Shown here piece by piece: positions 38,145 to 46,535 of a stretch of DNA of 64,000 nucleotides. How positions within the stretch are numbered: the first letter of the stretch is position 1; each line of letters begins with the position of its first letter. This DNA comes from an uncultured virus (IMG/VR IMGVR_UViG_3300008116_000013) (lineage: Duplodnaviria; Heunggongvirae; Uroviricota; Caudoviricetes). The stretch lies in IMG/VR virus record IMGVR_UViG_3300008116_000013, one strand, 5' to 3'. The notes beneath the pieces were generated by a model, which was not told the DNA's origin, searched no databases, and saw only the letters and a list, made by a program, of their open reading frames with translations. Both the position numbers and the translations under genes were made by a program.

Positions 38145-38146
38145 CC

Positions 38147-38187
38147 CGTTCCGCGTCGGCTTACTTCCGTCTGTTTCCAGATGAACG
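38147..38187 (-). ncRNA. Glutamine riboswitch (glnA-motif) aptamer 1
   Basis: CGTTCA-TCTG GAAA CAGA-CGGAAGTAAGCCGACGCGGAACG. Confidence 0.75.
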
Positions 38188-38232
38188 TAAGGTCATTATA
38201 GACCTTTTCAGATTATATAGCAATATTACTGT

Positions 38233-38246
38233 GTATAAAATGTTAC
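38233..38246. promoter_or_regulatory. Putative NtcA binding site
   Basis: tGTA-TAAAATGT-TACa matches GTA-N8-TAC; TATAAT 15 nt downstream on the minus strand. Confidence 0.6.
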
Positions 38247-38307
38247 ACTTTTACAAATCTTAAGGGGGCAAAAAAATTGCCGGGATTTTTTCCCAGCATT
38301 TTGTAAA

Positions 38308-38661
38308 TCACTTTCGCTTTTTCTTTTCGGGGGATTTGTAACCCCAGAGTTTTGGATTGACTCGTCCGTATCCAAAGTCAATACTCTTCAGATTGCCACG
38401 AAACTTATCCCAGTACATATCAAACAATTTAATTCTACTTCCTCTTGTAAGATCAAAACAGATCTTTTCATCTACAAAATACTTTATGATATAAGCATCA
38501 TTTGGAGCTTCTTTAGTACAAACGTCAGTATATGAACCATTTTCAATCAGAATATCACAACCATAACGTGACTTACAAGTTTCTTTTTCTGCTGATGTCC
38601 AATGGTCCATATTATTTTCCGTATTTTGCTTTACTCCAATTACATCATGAACTTGACTCAC
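38308..38661 (-). CDS. Conserved cyanophage hypothetical protein
   Basis: DLTRG...LFDMYWDKF...IDFGYGRVNPKLWGY. Confidence 0.7.
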   Translation of the reverse strand: MSQVHDVIGVKQNTENNMDHWTSAEKETCKSRYGCDILIENGSYTDVCTKEAPNDAYIIKYFVDEKICFDLTRGSRIKLFDMYWDKFRGNLKSIDFGYGRVNPKLWGYKSPEKKKRK

Positions 38662-39263
38662 GAACGACCTCCCCAGTGAATATCAGGATATGCCTCAGAG
38701 ACAATTTCCTTTGTGAGTTTATATTTTTCTCCAAGTTTTTTATCCTTACATAAAATTAGGATTTCTGCTTCAAGAGGATGAAGTCCTTGAAGAATATTAA
38801 TAAACATTGTTTCTCTACGAAGAGAACTCAGACTATCATTCCCACCTTTAATAAAATTATAAAATTTATCATATTCTTTACGAATTGAAGAAAATCCTTG
38901 ATCTTGTGATCCAAGAGAATTACTTCCTACCTCTTGCATTTTAGTAACAGCATCTCCAATTTTTTCACTCATGGTGCCGCTAAATGAATTTTGTTCCCCA
39001 ACACTTGCATAAGGAACGTCTCCAGGTGGAAGAATTGAAATAACACTTTCATCAAAATTCCAAATAAAAATCGCTTTCAATGAAAGATGTTCATATTTTT
39101 TTAGAACTTCAACTTTTTTTACATTTGATCTTTGTTTCGAAACAAGTTGAAGAACTTCAAATGCAAAAGGATTGGTTGGCAATTCTTTAATTTGGTCGTC
39201 TGTTGTTTTAACAGAAATAACTTTTGCTTTAGTCGATGCTTTTTTTTGTGTTGTCGTAGTCAT
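38658..39263 (-). CDS. Conserved T4-like phage hypothetical protein
   Basis: LPPGDVPY...RRETMFINILQGLHPLEAEIL. Confidence 0.75.
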   Translation of the reverse strand: MTTTTQKKASTKAKVISVKTTDDQIKELPTNPFAFEVLQLVSKQRSNVKKVEVLKKYEHLSLKAIFIWNFDESVISILPPGDVPYASVGEQNSFSGTMSEKIGDAVTKMQEVGSNSLGSQDQGFSSIRKEYDKFYNFIKGGNDSLSSLRRETMFINILQGLHPLEAEILILCKDKKLGEKYKLTKEIVSEAYPDIHWGGRS

Positions 39264-39299
39264 AAAAATCCAGAATCTAAAATCATTTACAATATTTAG

Positions 39300-39533
39300 T
39301 TAATCTTCATCATCCTCATCTAAATCCTCATCAAGGAAATAATCAGGATTAAAACTTACTGCTAAAACTTCATCTGCAATTACATTTCCTTTGTCATCAA
39401 AAAATTCTGGATGAAGTTTAGGTGTATCTTGATAATTCATCATATATTCTCTTGCTACCCAACCAGTTATAAGTCCCACTATAAGAAACAGTATGGTTAG
39501 AAAGGAACCAAAGACTAAACTAACTGCTAACAT
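39300..39533 (-). CDS. Small membrane protein
   Basis: N-terminal TM helix, HPEFFD..GN, acidic tail. Confidence 0.7.
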   Translation of the reverse strand: MLAVSLVFGSFLTILFLIVGLITGWVAREYMMNYQDTPKLHPEFFDDKGNVIADEVLAVSFNPDYFLDEDLDEDDED

Positions 39534-39735
39534 TTTTCTTTCTCCGGGAAATTACTTTTCTTTTCCTTGCCTTAAAGGAAAACTCAAAATAGATAGTAAC
39601 TTCCCGATTCAGAAAGCAAACTATCTTCTCAAAAATGATATGGAATGGTTGAGTTTGCTTTCGTTTGCCTCCATTAAGAATGAGTTCAACACCACGATTT
39701 CTGTGGTCAGAGTTATTTATGTTTTTATCAGACAA
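39520..39735 (-). CDS. Hypothetical protein
   Basis: 71-aa ORF overlapping both neighbours. Confidence 0.55.
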   Translation of the reverse strand: MSDKNINNSDHRNRGVELILNGGKRKQTQPFHIIFEKIVCFLNREVTIYFEFSFKARKRKVISRRKKNVSS

Positions 39736-39964
39736 TTTGTTTCTCTTTCAAAAACTTAACTGTATCAGTACATCCTCCTAGTTTTTTATCATCACAAATG
39801 ACTTGAGGAAATGTGGAACTTTCTCCAAATTCTGCGTAAAATTCGTCTTTGGTAAAATGTTCTCCTAAATTATACACTACAAAGTTACTTCCTGTCAATT
39901 CTAATACTTGTTTAACTTTATAGCAATATGGGCAATTTTCTTTTGAGTATACAGTAAAATTCAT
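39728..39964 (-). CDS. nrdC: Glutaredoxin
   Basis: CPYC active site, TFPQV, LGGCTD. Confidence 0.92.
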   Translation of the reverse strand: MNFTVYSKENCPYCYKVKQVLELTGSNFVVYNLGEHFTKDEFYAEFGESSTFPQVICDDKKLGGCTDTVKFLKEKQIV

Positions 39965-39997
39965 AAGTAGCAAAAGATTTATAGTAATTTATAATAG

Positions 39998-40023
39998 AAA
40001 AAAAGGAGGGTAATACCCTCCTT
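39998..40023 (-). terminator. Rho-independent terminator
   Basis: AAGGAGGG-TATTA-CCCTCCTTTTTTT on the minus strand. Confidence 0.8.
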
Positions 40024-40097
40024 ATGAACCACCAACTCACCTCTCCCACCACAGAGAAGTGGTCTTCATTCCCAAAGTTACAAGGATTGTGAAGACT
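39998..40097 (-). ncRNA. Candidate ~100-nt small RNA
   Basis: Bounded by a consensus promoter and a terminator; internal hairpin; no ORF longer than 10 codons. Confidence 0.5.
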
Positions 40098-40102
40098 TGA
40101 AT

Positions 40103-40131
40103 ATTATAAAGGATTTTGAATCAGGTGTCAA
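40103..40131 (-). promoter_or_regulatory. Sigma70-type promoter
   Basis: Minus strand TTGACA-N17-TATAAT. Confidence 0.8.
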
Positions 40132-40132
40132 G

Positions 40133-40528
40133 TTAAAGAGCATGAAGAGCAGCAGATGCTTCAGAAAGTTTTTCTGTGGCCGCGGTCTGTTTTTCCAATG
40201 CAGTTTCTTCATCACCAGAACTTCTTGCTGTTTCAGATTCTAAAAGAAGTGATATAGACTTCAAGTAAAAATTTGCAACTGAGTTATATTCTTCTTCAGT
40301 CAAAACTTGAACACTATTTTTTCCACAAGGACTTACAATCGTCGTTACTGCAGTTGAGTCTGGAACTTCAGAAAGACAAACATCTACACCTTCGGAATCT
40401 TTTAACCAAACTTTCACGTCCAGTCCAGCATATTCTTTATAAGGATGTCTCTTATAATTTGGTTCTGAAAGTTCACAACAAAAAGAATTATTGTTATCAT
40501 CAACATAATAATGTTTGATATATTGCAT
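40133..40528 (-). CDS. Hypothetical protein
   Basis: 131-aa ORF at the end of the accessory island. Confidence 0.65.
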   Translation of the reverse strand: MQYIKHYYVDDNNNSFCCELSEPNYKRHPYKEYAGLDVKVWLKDSEGVDVCLSEVPDSTAVTTIVSPCGKNSVQVLTEEEYNSVANFYLKSISLLLESETARSSGDEETALEKQTAATEKLSEASAALHAL

Positions 40529-40545
40529 TGTAATTTGAAAAATCT

Positions 40546-41211
40546 TTAATTATTTATGGCAATCCCATACTTTTGAGAGAGTTCCTTGTTTTGATCATCC
40601 ATTGTAGGAAACCCTTTGACCTTTGCCCAGCAAACAATCGAATATCTTTTTCCTTTTGTGACTGGTTCGACTCCATGCTTATAATGATGATTAGATGGGA
40701 AGCAAACCATCATTCCTGGTTCTGGTCTCACACGAATCTTGAGATCTGGAAATATAAAATCGCCACCTTCAAAGTCATCGTTCAGATAAAAGACCATTGA
40801 TAGATCTCGTTCGGTTGATTTCTTCCAAATCAGTTCACCATCAGGAGTCTGCCAAAGAGATTCACCATCAATATGTGGGCAGTAGTGACCTCCAATTCCA
40901 TAGGACAAAATCTGAGGAACTTCACTTTCGCAGATTTCTACACCATAAAAAGGATTGACAACTTCTTTGACGACATTGTGCATCAACTCAATGATCTTTG
41001 GTTGAATCGGGCCCATCTCAATATGTTGTGTGTCACGAATGGTCTTATCGACTCTCCATTCCTTACCACCAGTCTCATTTGACTTATGTGGATCAAAGAC
41101 TGCTAGATCAGTTGCTGTTGAAGACTTGATATGTTGAACTATTTCTTGAACACCATGTTCATTGATCACATTTGGTTTGATCAAAACATAAGATAAAGGA
41201 TTTTCAATCAT
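40546..41211 (-). CDS. 2OG-Fe(II) oxygenase (prolyl-4-hydroxylase-like)
   Basis: HYCPHID (HxD), YLNDDFEGG, HGVEPV, KRYSIVCW. Confidence 0.9.
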   Translation of the reverse strand: MIENPLSYVLIKPNVINEHGVQEIVQHIKSSTATDLAVFDPHKSNETGGKEWRVDKTIRDTQHIEMGPIQPKIIELMHNVVKEVVNPFYGVEICESEVPQILSYGIGGHYCPHIDGESLWQTPDGELIWKKSTERDLSMVFYLNDDFEGGDFIFPDLKIRVRPEPGMMVCFPSNHHYKHGVEPVTKGKRYSIVCWAKVKGFPTMDDQNKELSQKYGIAINN

Positions 41212-41236
41212 AAGTTTTTGAATATTATAACACTAA

Positions 41237-44200
41237 TTATACGTTAAATGATGCAGGGTATGTCGGTTGTGGCAATGCGTTTGCTCTTGCGCTTGATGCT
41301 GCAAGAGACCTACGAGCAACACTTAATGCTGCACCAGGAACTGCTGCTGTTGTATCTGATGAATAAGTGACCTTATCCATTGTTGAGAATGTACCAGGAC
41401 CACCACCACCAAAATAACCAGCAGTTGAGTTTCCTGATGCTGCCAGACGATAACGTGTTCCACTTAATGCGGCACCAGGAACTGCTGCTGTGGTGTCTGA
41501 TGAATAAGTGACCTTATCCATTGTCGATGGTGCAGGAGAACCACCACCAAAGTATCCAGAAGATTGATTACCTGTTGCAGCAAGTTGAGAACGAGCAACA
41601 CTTAATGCTGCACCAGGAACTGCTGCTGTTGTGTCTGATGAATAAGTGACCTTATCCATTAATGATGATGTAGGAAGACCACCACCAAAGTATCCAGCAG
41701 TTGAGTTTCCTGTTGCGGCAAGATAACGACGAGCAGCACTTAATGCGGCACCAGGAACTGCTGCTGTGGTGTCAGATGCATAAGTAACCTTATCCATTGT
41801 TGAGTAATTGGGTATAGGGAATGCTGATCCCACTCCACCACCGAAGTATCCTGCAGTTGAAGATCCTGTTGCAGCAAAACTAAAACGACCAACACTTAAT
41901 GCTGCACCAGGAACTGCTGCTGTTGTATCAGTGGAATAAGTAACCTTATCCATTGTTGACTGGGGACCAGGAAAACCACCACCAAAGTATCCTGCGGTTA
42001 AGGATCCTGTTGCAGCAAGTCCATAACGTGCTGCACTTAATGCAGCACCAGTAACTGTTGCTGTTGTATCTGTTGAATAAGTAACTTTATCCATTGTTGA
42101 TCTTGTACCACCAGGATTAAAACCACCACCAAAGTATCCAGTGTTCGGAGTCGGTGCGAATGATGGGGTCTCAAAGGTTGGTTGTGGCAATGCATTTGCT
42201 CTGGCACTTGATGCAGCAAGATCACTACGAGCAACACTTAATGATGCACTAGGAACTGCTGCTGTTGTATCATTAGAATAAGTGACCTTATCTATTCTTG
42301 AAAAAAGAGGAAGACCATAAGACGCTCCACCACCAAAATATCCTGCATTTGAGTTTCCTGTTGCAGCAACTTTACAACGATTGGTGCTCAAAAATGCACC
42401 AGGAACTGCTGCTGTAGTATCAGTCGCATAAGTGACCTTATCCATTGTTGATCGATCAACACCAGTCAATCCCGGACTGGGTGGAGTGCCACCACCAAAG
42501 TAACCTGCGGTTGAGTTTCCTGTTGCTGCCAGATGATAACGTGCTGCACTTAATGAGGCACCAGGAACTTGTGCTGTAGTATCAGTAGAATAAGTTAACT
42601 TATCCATTGTCGATCTTAGTTCTGTACTAGTACCATAACCACCACCAAAGTATCCTGCGGTTGAGTTTCCTGTTGCAGATCCGTAAGTGCGACCTACACT
42701 CAAAAATCCAGCAGTAGGAAGTGCTGCTGTGGTATCAGATGAATAAGTTACCTTATCCATTGTTGATATTTGTGAGGGAAATCCATATCCACCACCAAAG
42801 TATCCTGCTGTTGAAGATCCTGTTGCACTTGATATTTCACGAGCACTAGATAGTTTAGCCAATGGAACTGCTGCTGTGGTGTCTGATGAATAAGTGACCT
42901 TATCCATTGTTGAATAATTTCCGACACCAGGAACCTGACCACCACCAAAGTATCCTGCGGTTGAGTTTCCTGTTGCTGCCAGACGATAACGAGCAGCACT
43001 TAATGCTGCTCCAGGAGCTGCTACTGTTGTATCAGTTGAATAAGTGACCTTATCCATTGTTGATCTTACACCAGGAGCAGAACCACCACCAAAGTACCCA
43101 GTGTTTGGTGCTGTTACATTAACTGTTCCTGGTGTTGCAGTGAGTGCTGGTGGTTGTGGTAGTGCATTTGCTCTTGCGCTTGATGCAGCAAGACCAAATC
43201 GGGGATAACTTAAGTTTGCACCAGGAACTGCTGCTGTGGTATCTGATGAATAAGTGACCTTATCCATTTCTAAGAATCCAGGACCACCACCAAAGTATCC
43301 TGCTGTTGAATTACCTGTTGCACCAAGATAACCACGTGCTGCACTTAATGCGGCACCAGGAACTGCTGCAGTGGTGTCTGATGAATAAGTGACCTTATCC
43401 ATTGTTGAGAATGTTTGACCACCACCAAAGTATCCTGCTGTTGAGTTTCCTGTTGCGGCAAGACCATAACGAGCAGGAACACTTAATGCGGCACCAGGAA
43501 CTGCTGCAGTGGTGTCTGATGAATAAGTGACCTTATCCATTGTTGATCTTGGACCAGGATTACCACCACCAAAGTATCCTGATGTTGAGTTTCCTGTTGC
43601 GGCAAGATAGTAACGAGCAACACTTAAGGATGCTCCAGGAACTGCTGCTGTTGTGTCGGTTGAATAAGTGACCTTATCCATCAATGTAAGTCCTAAACCA
43701 CCACCAAAGTATCCTGCTGTTGAGTTTCCTGTTGCGGCAAGATAAGAACGACCAACACTTAATGCGGCACCAGGAACTGCTACTGTAGTATCAGATGCAT
43801 AAGTAACCTTATCCATTATGTCTGTAAAATAACCACCACCAAAATATCCTGCTGTTGAGTTACCTGTTGCTGCCAAACCATAACGTGCAGCACTTAATGA
43901 TGCACCAGGAACTGCTGCTGTAGTATCAGACGCATAAGTAACCTTATCCATTGTTGTATGAAATCCACCACCAGATCCACCACCAAAGTATCCAGTGTCT
44001 GGTGCTGGTGTTGCATCAGTAAATCTTGTTGGTGGGTCTGATGGAGCAAAGAAAAATGCACTTGATGCTGCAAGATTAACCCGAGCAACACTTAATGAGG
44101 CACCAGCAACTGTTGTTCGTGTGTCAGTAGAATATGATACCTTATCCATCGTCGATCTTACTGGTATGGGAAATCCTGGAGAACTATTTCCACCACCAAA

Positions 44201-45073
44201 GTATCCTGCTGTTGAATTTCCTGTTGCGGCAAGATTATAACGATCAGCACTTAAAAATGTGCCAGGAATTACTGCTGTGGTATCAGACGCATAAGTAACC
44301 TTATCGATTATTGATCTTGCACCACCAGAAGATGTTCCACCACCAAAATATCCTGCGGTTGAAGATCCCGTTGCAGCAAGACTAAAACGAGCATCACTTA
44401 AAAATGCACCAGGAACTGCTGCTGCTGTATCAGATGAATAAGTCAACTTATCCATTATCGAATATATTGGTTGAGGAACTACATTTTGAGTACCACCACC
44501 AAAGTATCCAGCGGATGAAGATCCTGTTGCAGCAAGATAATAACGAGCAGCACTTAATGCGGCACCAGGAACTGTTGATCTAGTATCAGTTGAATAAGTG
44601 ATCTTATCCATTGTTGTCACATATGCTGGTTCAGATCCACCACCAAAGTATCCTGCGGTTGAGTTTCCTGTTGCTCCAGATCCATAACGAGGAGAACTTA
44701 ATGAAGCACCAGGAATTGTTGATCTTGTATCAGTCGAATAAGTGACCTTATCAGTTGTTGAGTGAATTGGTCCGGAGGAATTTCCACCCGCAAAATATCC
44801 AGCAGTAGAAGATCCCGTTGCTCCTAAACTATTACGAGCAACACTTAAGTTTGCACCAGGAACTGCTGCTGTTGTATCAGATGCATAAGTAACCTTATCC
44901 ATCGTTGATCTTGGAGCAGGAGAAAGAAAACCACCACCAAAGTATCCTGCAAGTGGCAGTGCTAATGGAGAAGGAGATATCCAAACATCAGATAATGAAA
45001 TCCATCCATTAGTAAAAGGTATTTTTTCTTCTCTAATATATGTTAATGTAAATACTCCTCTGGTGTTTGGCAT
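41237..45073 (-). CDS. Repeat protein A: 24 kelch-like repeats (4 x 6), probable beta-propeller virion protein
   Basis: Repeat GYFGGG-var-STMDKVTYSSDTTAAVPGAALSxAR-xx-LAATGNST; Pro-rich linker after every 6th repeat. Confidence 0.8.
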   Translation of the reverse strand: MPNTRGVFTLTYIREEKIPFTNGWISLSDVWISPSPLALPLAGYFGGGFLSPAPRSTMDKVTYASDTTAAVPGANLSVARNSLGATGSSTAGYFAGGNSSGPIHSTTDKVTYSTDTRSTIPGASLSSPRYGSGATGNSTAGYFGGGSEPAYVTTMDKITYSTDTRSTVPGAALSAARYYLAATGSSSAGYFGGGTQNVVPQPIYSIMDKLTYSSDTAAAVPGAFLSDARFSLAATGSSTAGYFGGGTSSGGARSIIDKVTYASDTTAVIPGTFLSADRYNLAATGNSTAGYFGGGNSSPGFPIPVRSTMDKVSYSTDTRTTVAGASLSVARVNLAASSAFFFAPSDPPTRFTDATPAPDTGYFGGGSGGGFHTTMDKVTYASDTTAAVPGASLSAARYGLAATGNSTAGYFGGGYFTDIMDKVTYASDTTVAVPGAALSVGRSYLAATGNSTAGYFGGGLGLTLMDKVTYSTDTTAAVPGASLSVARYYLAATGNSTSGYFGGGNPGPRSTMDKVTYSSDTTAAVPGAALSVPARYGLAATGNSTAGYFGGGQTFSTMDKVTYSSDTTAAVPGAALSAARGYLGATGNSTAGYFGGGPGFLEMDKVTYSSDTTAAVPGANLSYPRFGLAASSARANALPQPPALTATPGTVNVTAPNTGYFGGGSAPGVRSTMDKVTYSTDTTVAAPGAALSAARYRLAATGNSTAGYFGGGQVPGVGNYSTMDKVTYSSDTTAAVPLAKLSSAREISSATGSSTAGYFGGGYGFPSQISTMDKVTYSSDTTAALPTAGFLSVGRTYGSATGNSTAGYFGGGYGTSTELRSTMDKLTYSTDTTAQVPGASLSAARYHLAATGNSTAGYFGGGTPPSPGLTGVDRSTMDKVTYATDTTAAVPGAFLSTNRCKVAATGNSNAGYFGGGASYGLPLFSRIDKVTYSNDTTAAVPSASLSVARSDLAASSARANALPQPTFETPSFAPTPNTGYFGGGFNPGGTRSTMDKVTYSTDTTATVTGAALSAARYGLAATGSLTAGYFGGGFPGPQSTMDKVTYSTDTTAAVPGAALSVGRFSFAATGSSTAGYFGGGVGSAFPIPNYSTMDKVTYASDTTAAVPGAALSAARRYLAATGNSTAGYFGGGLPTSSLMDKVTYSSDTTAAVPGAALSVARSQLAATGNQSSGYFGGGSPAPSTMDKVTYSSDTTAAVPGAALSGTRYRLAASGNSTAGYFGGGGPGTFSTMDKVTYSSDTTAAVPGAALSVARRSLAASSARANALPQPTYPASFNV

Positions 45074-45075
45074 TA

Positions 45076-45894
45076 TTAATAATACTTATGATTAGAATAC
45101 TTCCAGTATTCCAAGTTACTATACCTATTTAGAATCTCATCACTCAAAATACTTTCTGGTTTTGAGGACACTTTTTCCAATTTACCACGAACATGATGCA
45201 TGTCTTTGAGATACCACTGATCATCAATCTCACGATGTGTATTCTCAATGTGATCAAAGTTATGAGTATAAGAATCTACTCCCAGAAACTCATAGATTCG
45301 ATTCATGGTTTCATTGGGTTTTTCAATCAAATCATCATACTCAACCATTAACAGATGCTTTTGATCACCACGAATGAATGCCTGTGATTGTGCCCAGAGT
45401 GCCTGTTCCACAATACCTTCTTTACTCATCAGATAGTGACACCGATTGTCATCCGTGATTGGATATCCTTTTTCAATCAGGTGCTGATCAATAAAAGAAA
45501 CCTGATCTGAATTGCGTCGGATCATGGTAATAAAGGAAGTCAGAATCTCTGTGATGTTTCGAACAGGACAGATAATCTTTGGTTCTGGTGTGATATAAGT
45601 TTTGATGCGTTCAATATTATTACTCCATGCCCTACAGTGATCGATGATGATAGGTTTCTCCACATCAAAGTAGTAGTCTTCAATGATCGTGGAAACAATC
45701 CGATGTGCCGATTTTGGTTTTGGATACCCAAGATACTGCTCACTATCAGAAAAGTAATGATCGTTCCAATACATCAGTTCCATGACAGGACTCACTGGTT
45801 CTGTATGAAGTTCTGGATTCTGATTCAAAATACTTTTCAATAGAGTGCTGCCAGATCGTGGAAGACCTGCCATAAAATAATAAGTTTTATTCAT
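45076..45894 (-). CDS. Sulfotransferase
   Basis: GLPRSGSTLL 5'-PSB loop, CPVRNITEILTS, VEYDDL...IYEFLG. Confidence 0.88.
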   Translation of the reverse strand: MNKTYYFMAGLPRSGSTLLKSILNQNPELHTEPVSPVMELMYWNDHYFSDSEQYLGYPKPKSAHRIVSTIIEDYYFDVEKPIIIDHCRAWSNNIERIKTYITPEPKIICPVRNITEILTSFITMIRRNSDQVSFIDQHLIEKGYPITDDNRCHYLMSKEGIVEQALWAQSQAFIRGDQKHLLMVEYDDLIEKPNETMNRIYEFLGVDSYTHNFDHIENTHREIDDQWYLKDMHHVRGKLEKVSSKPESILSDEILNRYSNLEYWKYSNHKYY

Positions 45895-45895
45895 A

Positions 45896-46510
45896 TCACC
45901 ATTCAGTAGGATTAAAGAAAAATAATTGAACTAGACGACCATTTTGTAGATTGGTTCCGAAGTTATAATTATGAGAGTGCCACAGATTTGTTTTGAATAT
46001 GACTATTCTATTATACTTCATGGGTGAAAGCAAGTATCGAGTCCATTTAGAACGATCTAAACCTTCACCATAAACTGTTGTCCACCATGCTTCTTTTGCC
46101 GATGAGTATCCATGATACTTTGCTTCATCATCTGTGCGTGGACAGGTTTCTGTATGAGTTTTATTATGGACCCAGAATGATGTGCCACCCTCATTAATGA
46201 CTTGTTCTGGTGGATTGAGATAACAGACGGCACCAAACTCCCAGACAGGATCGACATGAACATCCTGACGGTAGGTATCCGTCTCTAATGACAAACGAAA
46301 ATATCCGTTTGGTTGTGCAGGAGTCAGTTTACGATTCAGAACTGACTCAAACTTTTGATGTAGTGATTCTGGGTAGTAACCGTCTCTTGAGTTCTTTCCA
46401 GGATAAGTGTACCCATCCGTTGGTTCTGGATATGATTCATTCAGAGCAAACTGTCGAATCTCATCAGGGTTTGAATAGAAATCATCAATGACAATAATAT
46501 TACGTCTCAT
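45896..46510 (-). CDS. DUF6445-like 2OG-Fe(II) oxygenase
   Basis: IIVIDDFYSNPD..R, VHVD, YLNP..GGTSF, YNRIVIF...WHS, RLVQLFF. Confidence 0.75.
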   Translation of the reverse strand: MRRNIIVIDDFYSNPDEIRQFALNESYPEPTDGYTYPGKNSRDGYYPESLHQKFESVLNRKLTPAQPNGYFRLSLETDTYRQDVHVDPVWEFGAVCYLNPPEQVINEGGTSFWVHNKTHTETCPRTDDEAKYHGYSSAKEAWWTTVYGEGLDRSKWTRYLLSPMKYNRIVIFKTNLWHSHNYNFGTNLQNGRLVQLFFFNPTEW

Positions 46511-46535
46511 AGTTTTTTGAATATTATAACACTAA

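Noticed and set aside
37599..38146. Endonuclease insert as a group I intron or IS element
   Set aside because: No intron core sequence or transposase; the insert is almost entirely ORF and no target-site duplication was seen
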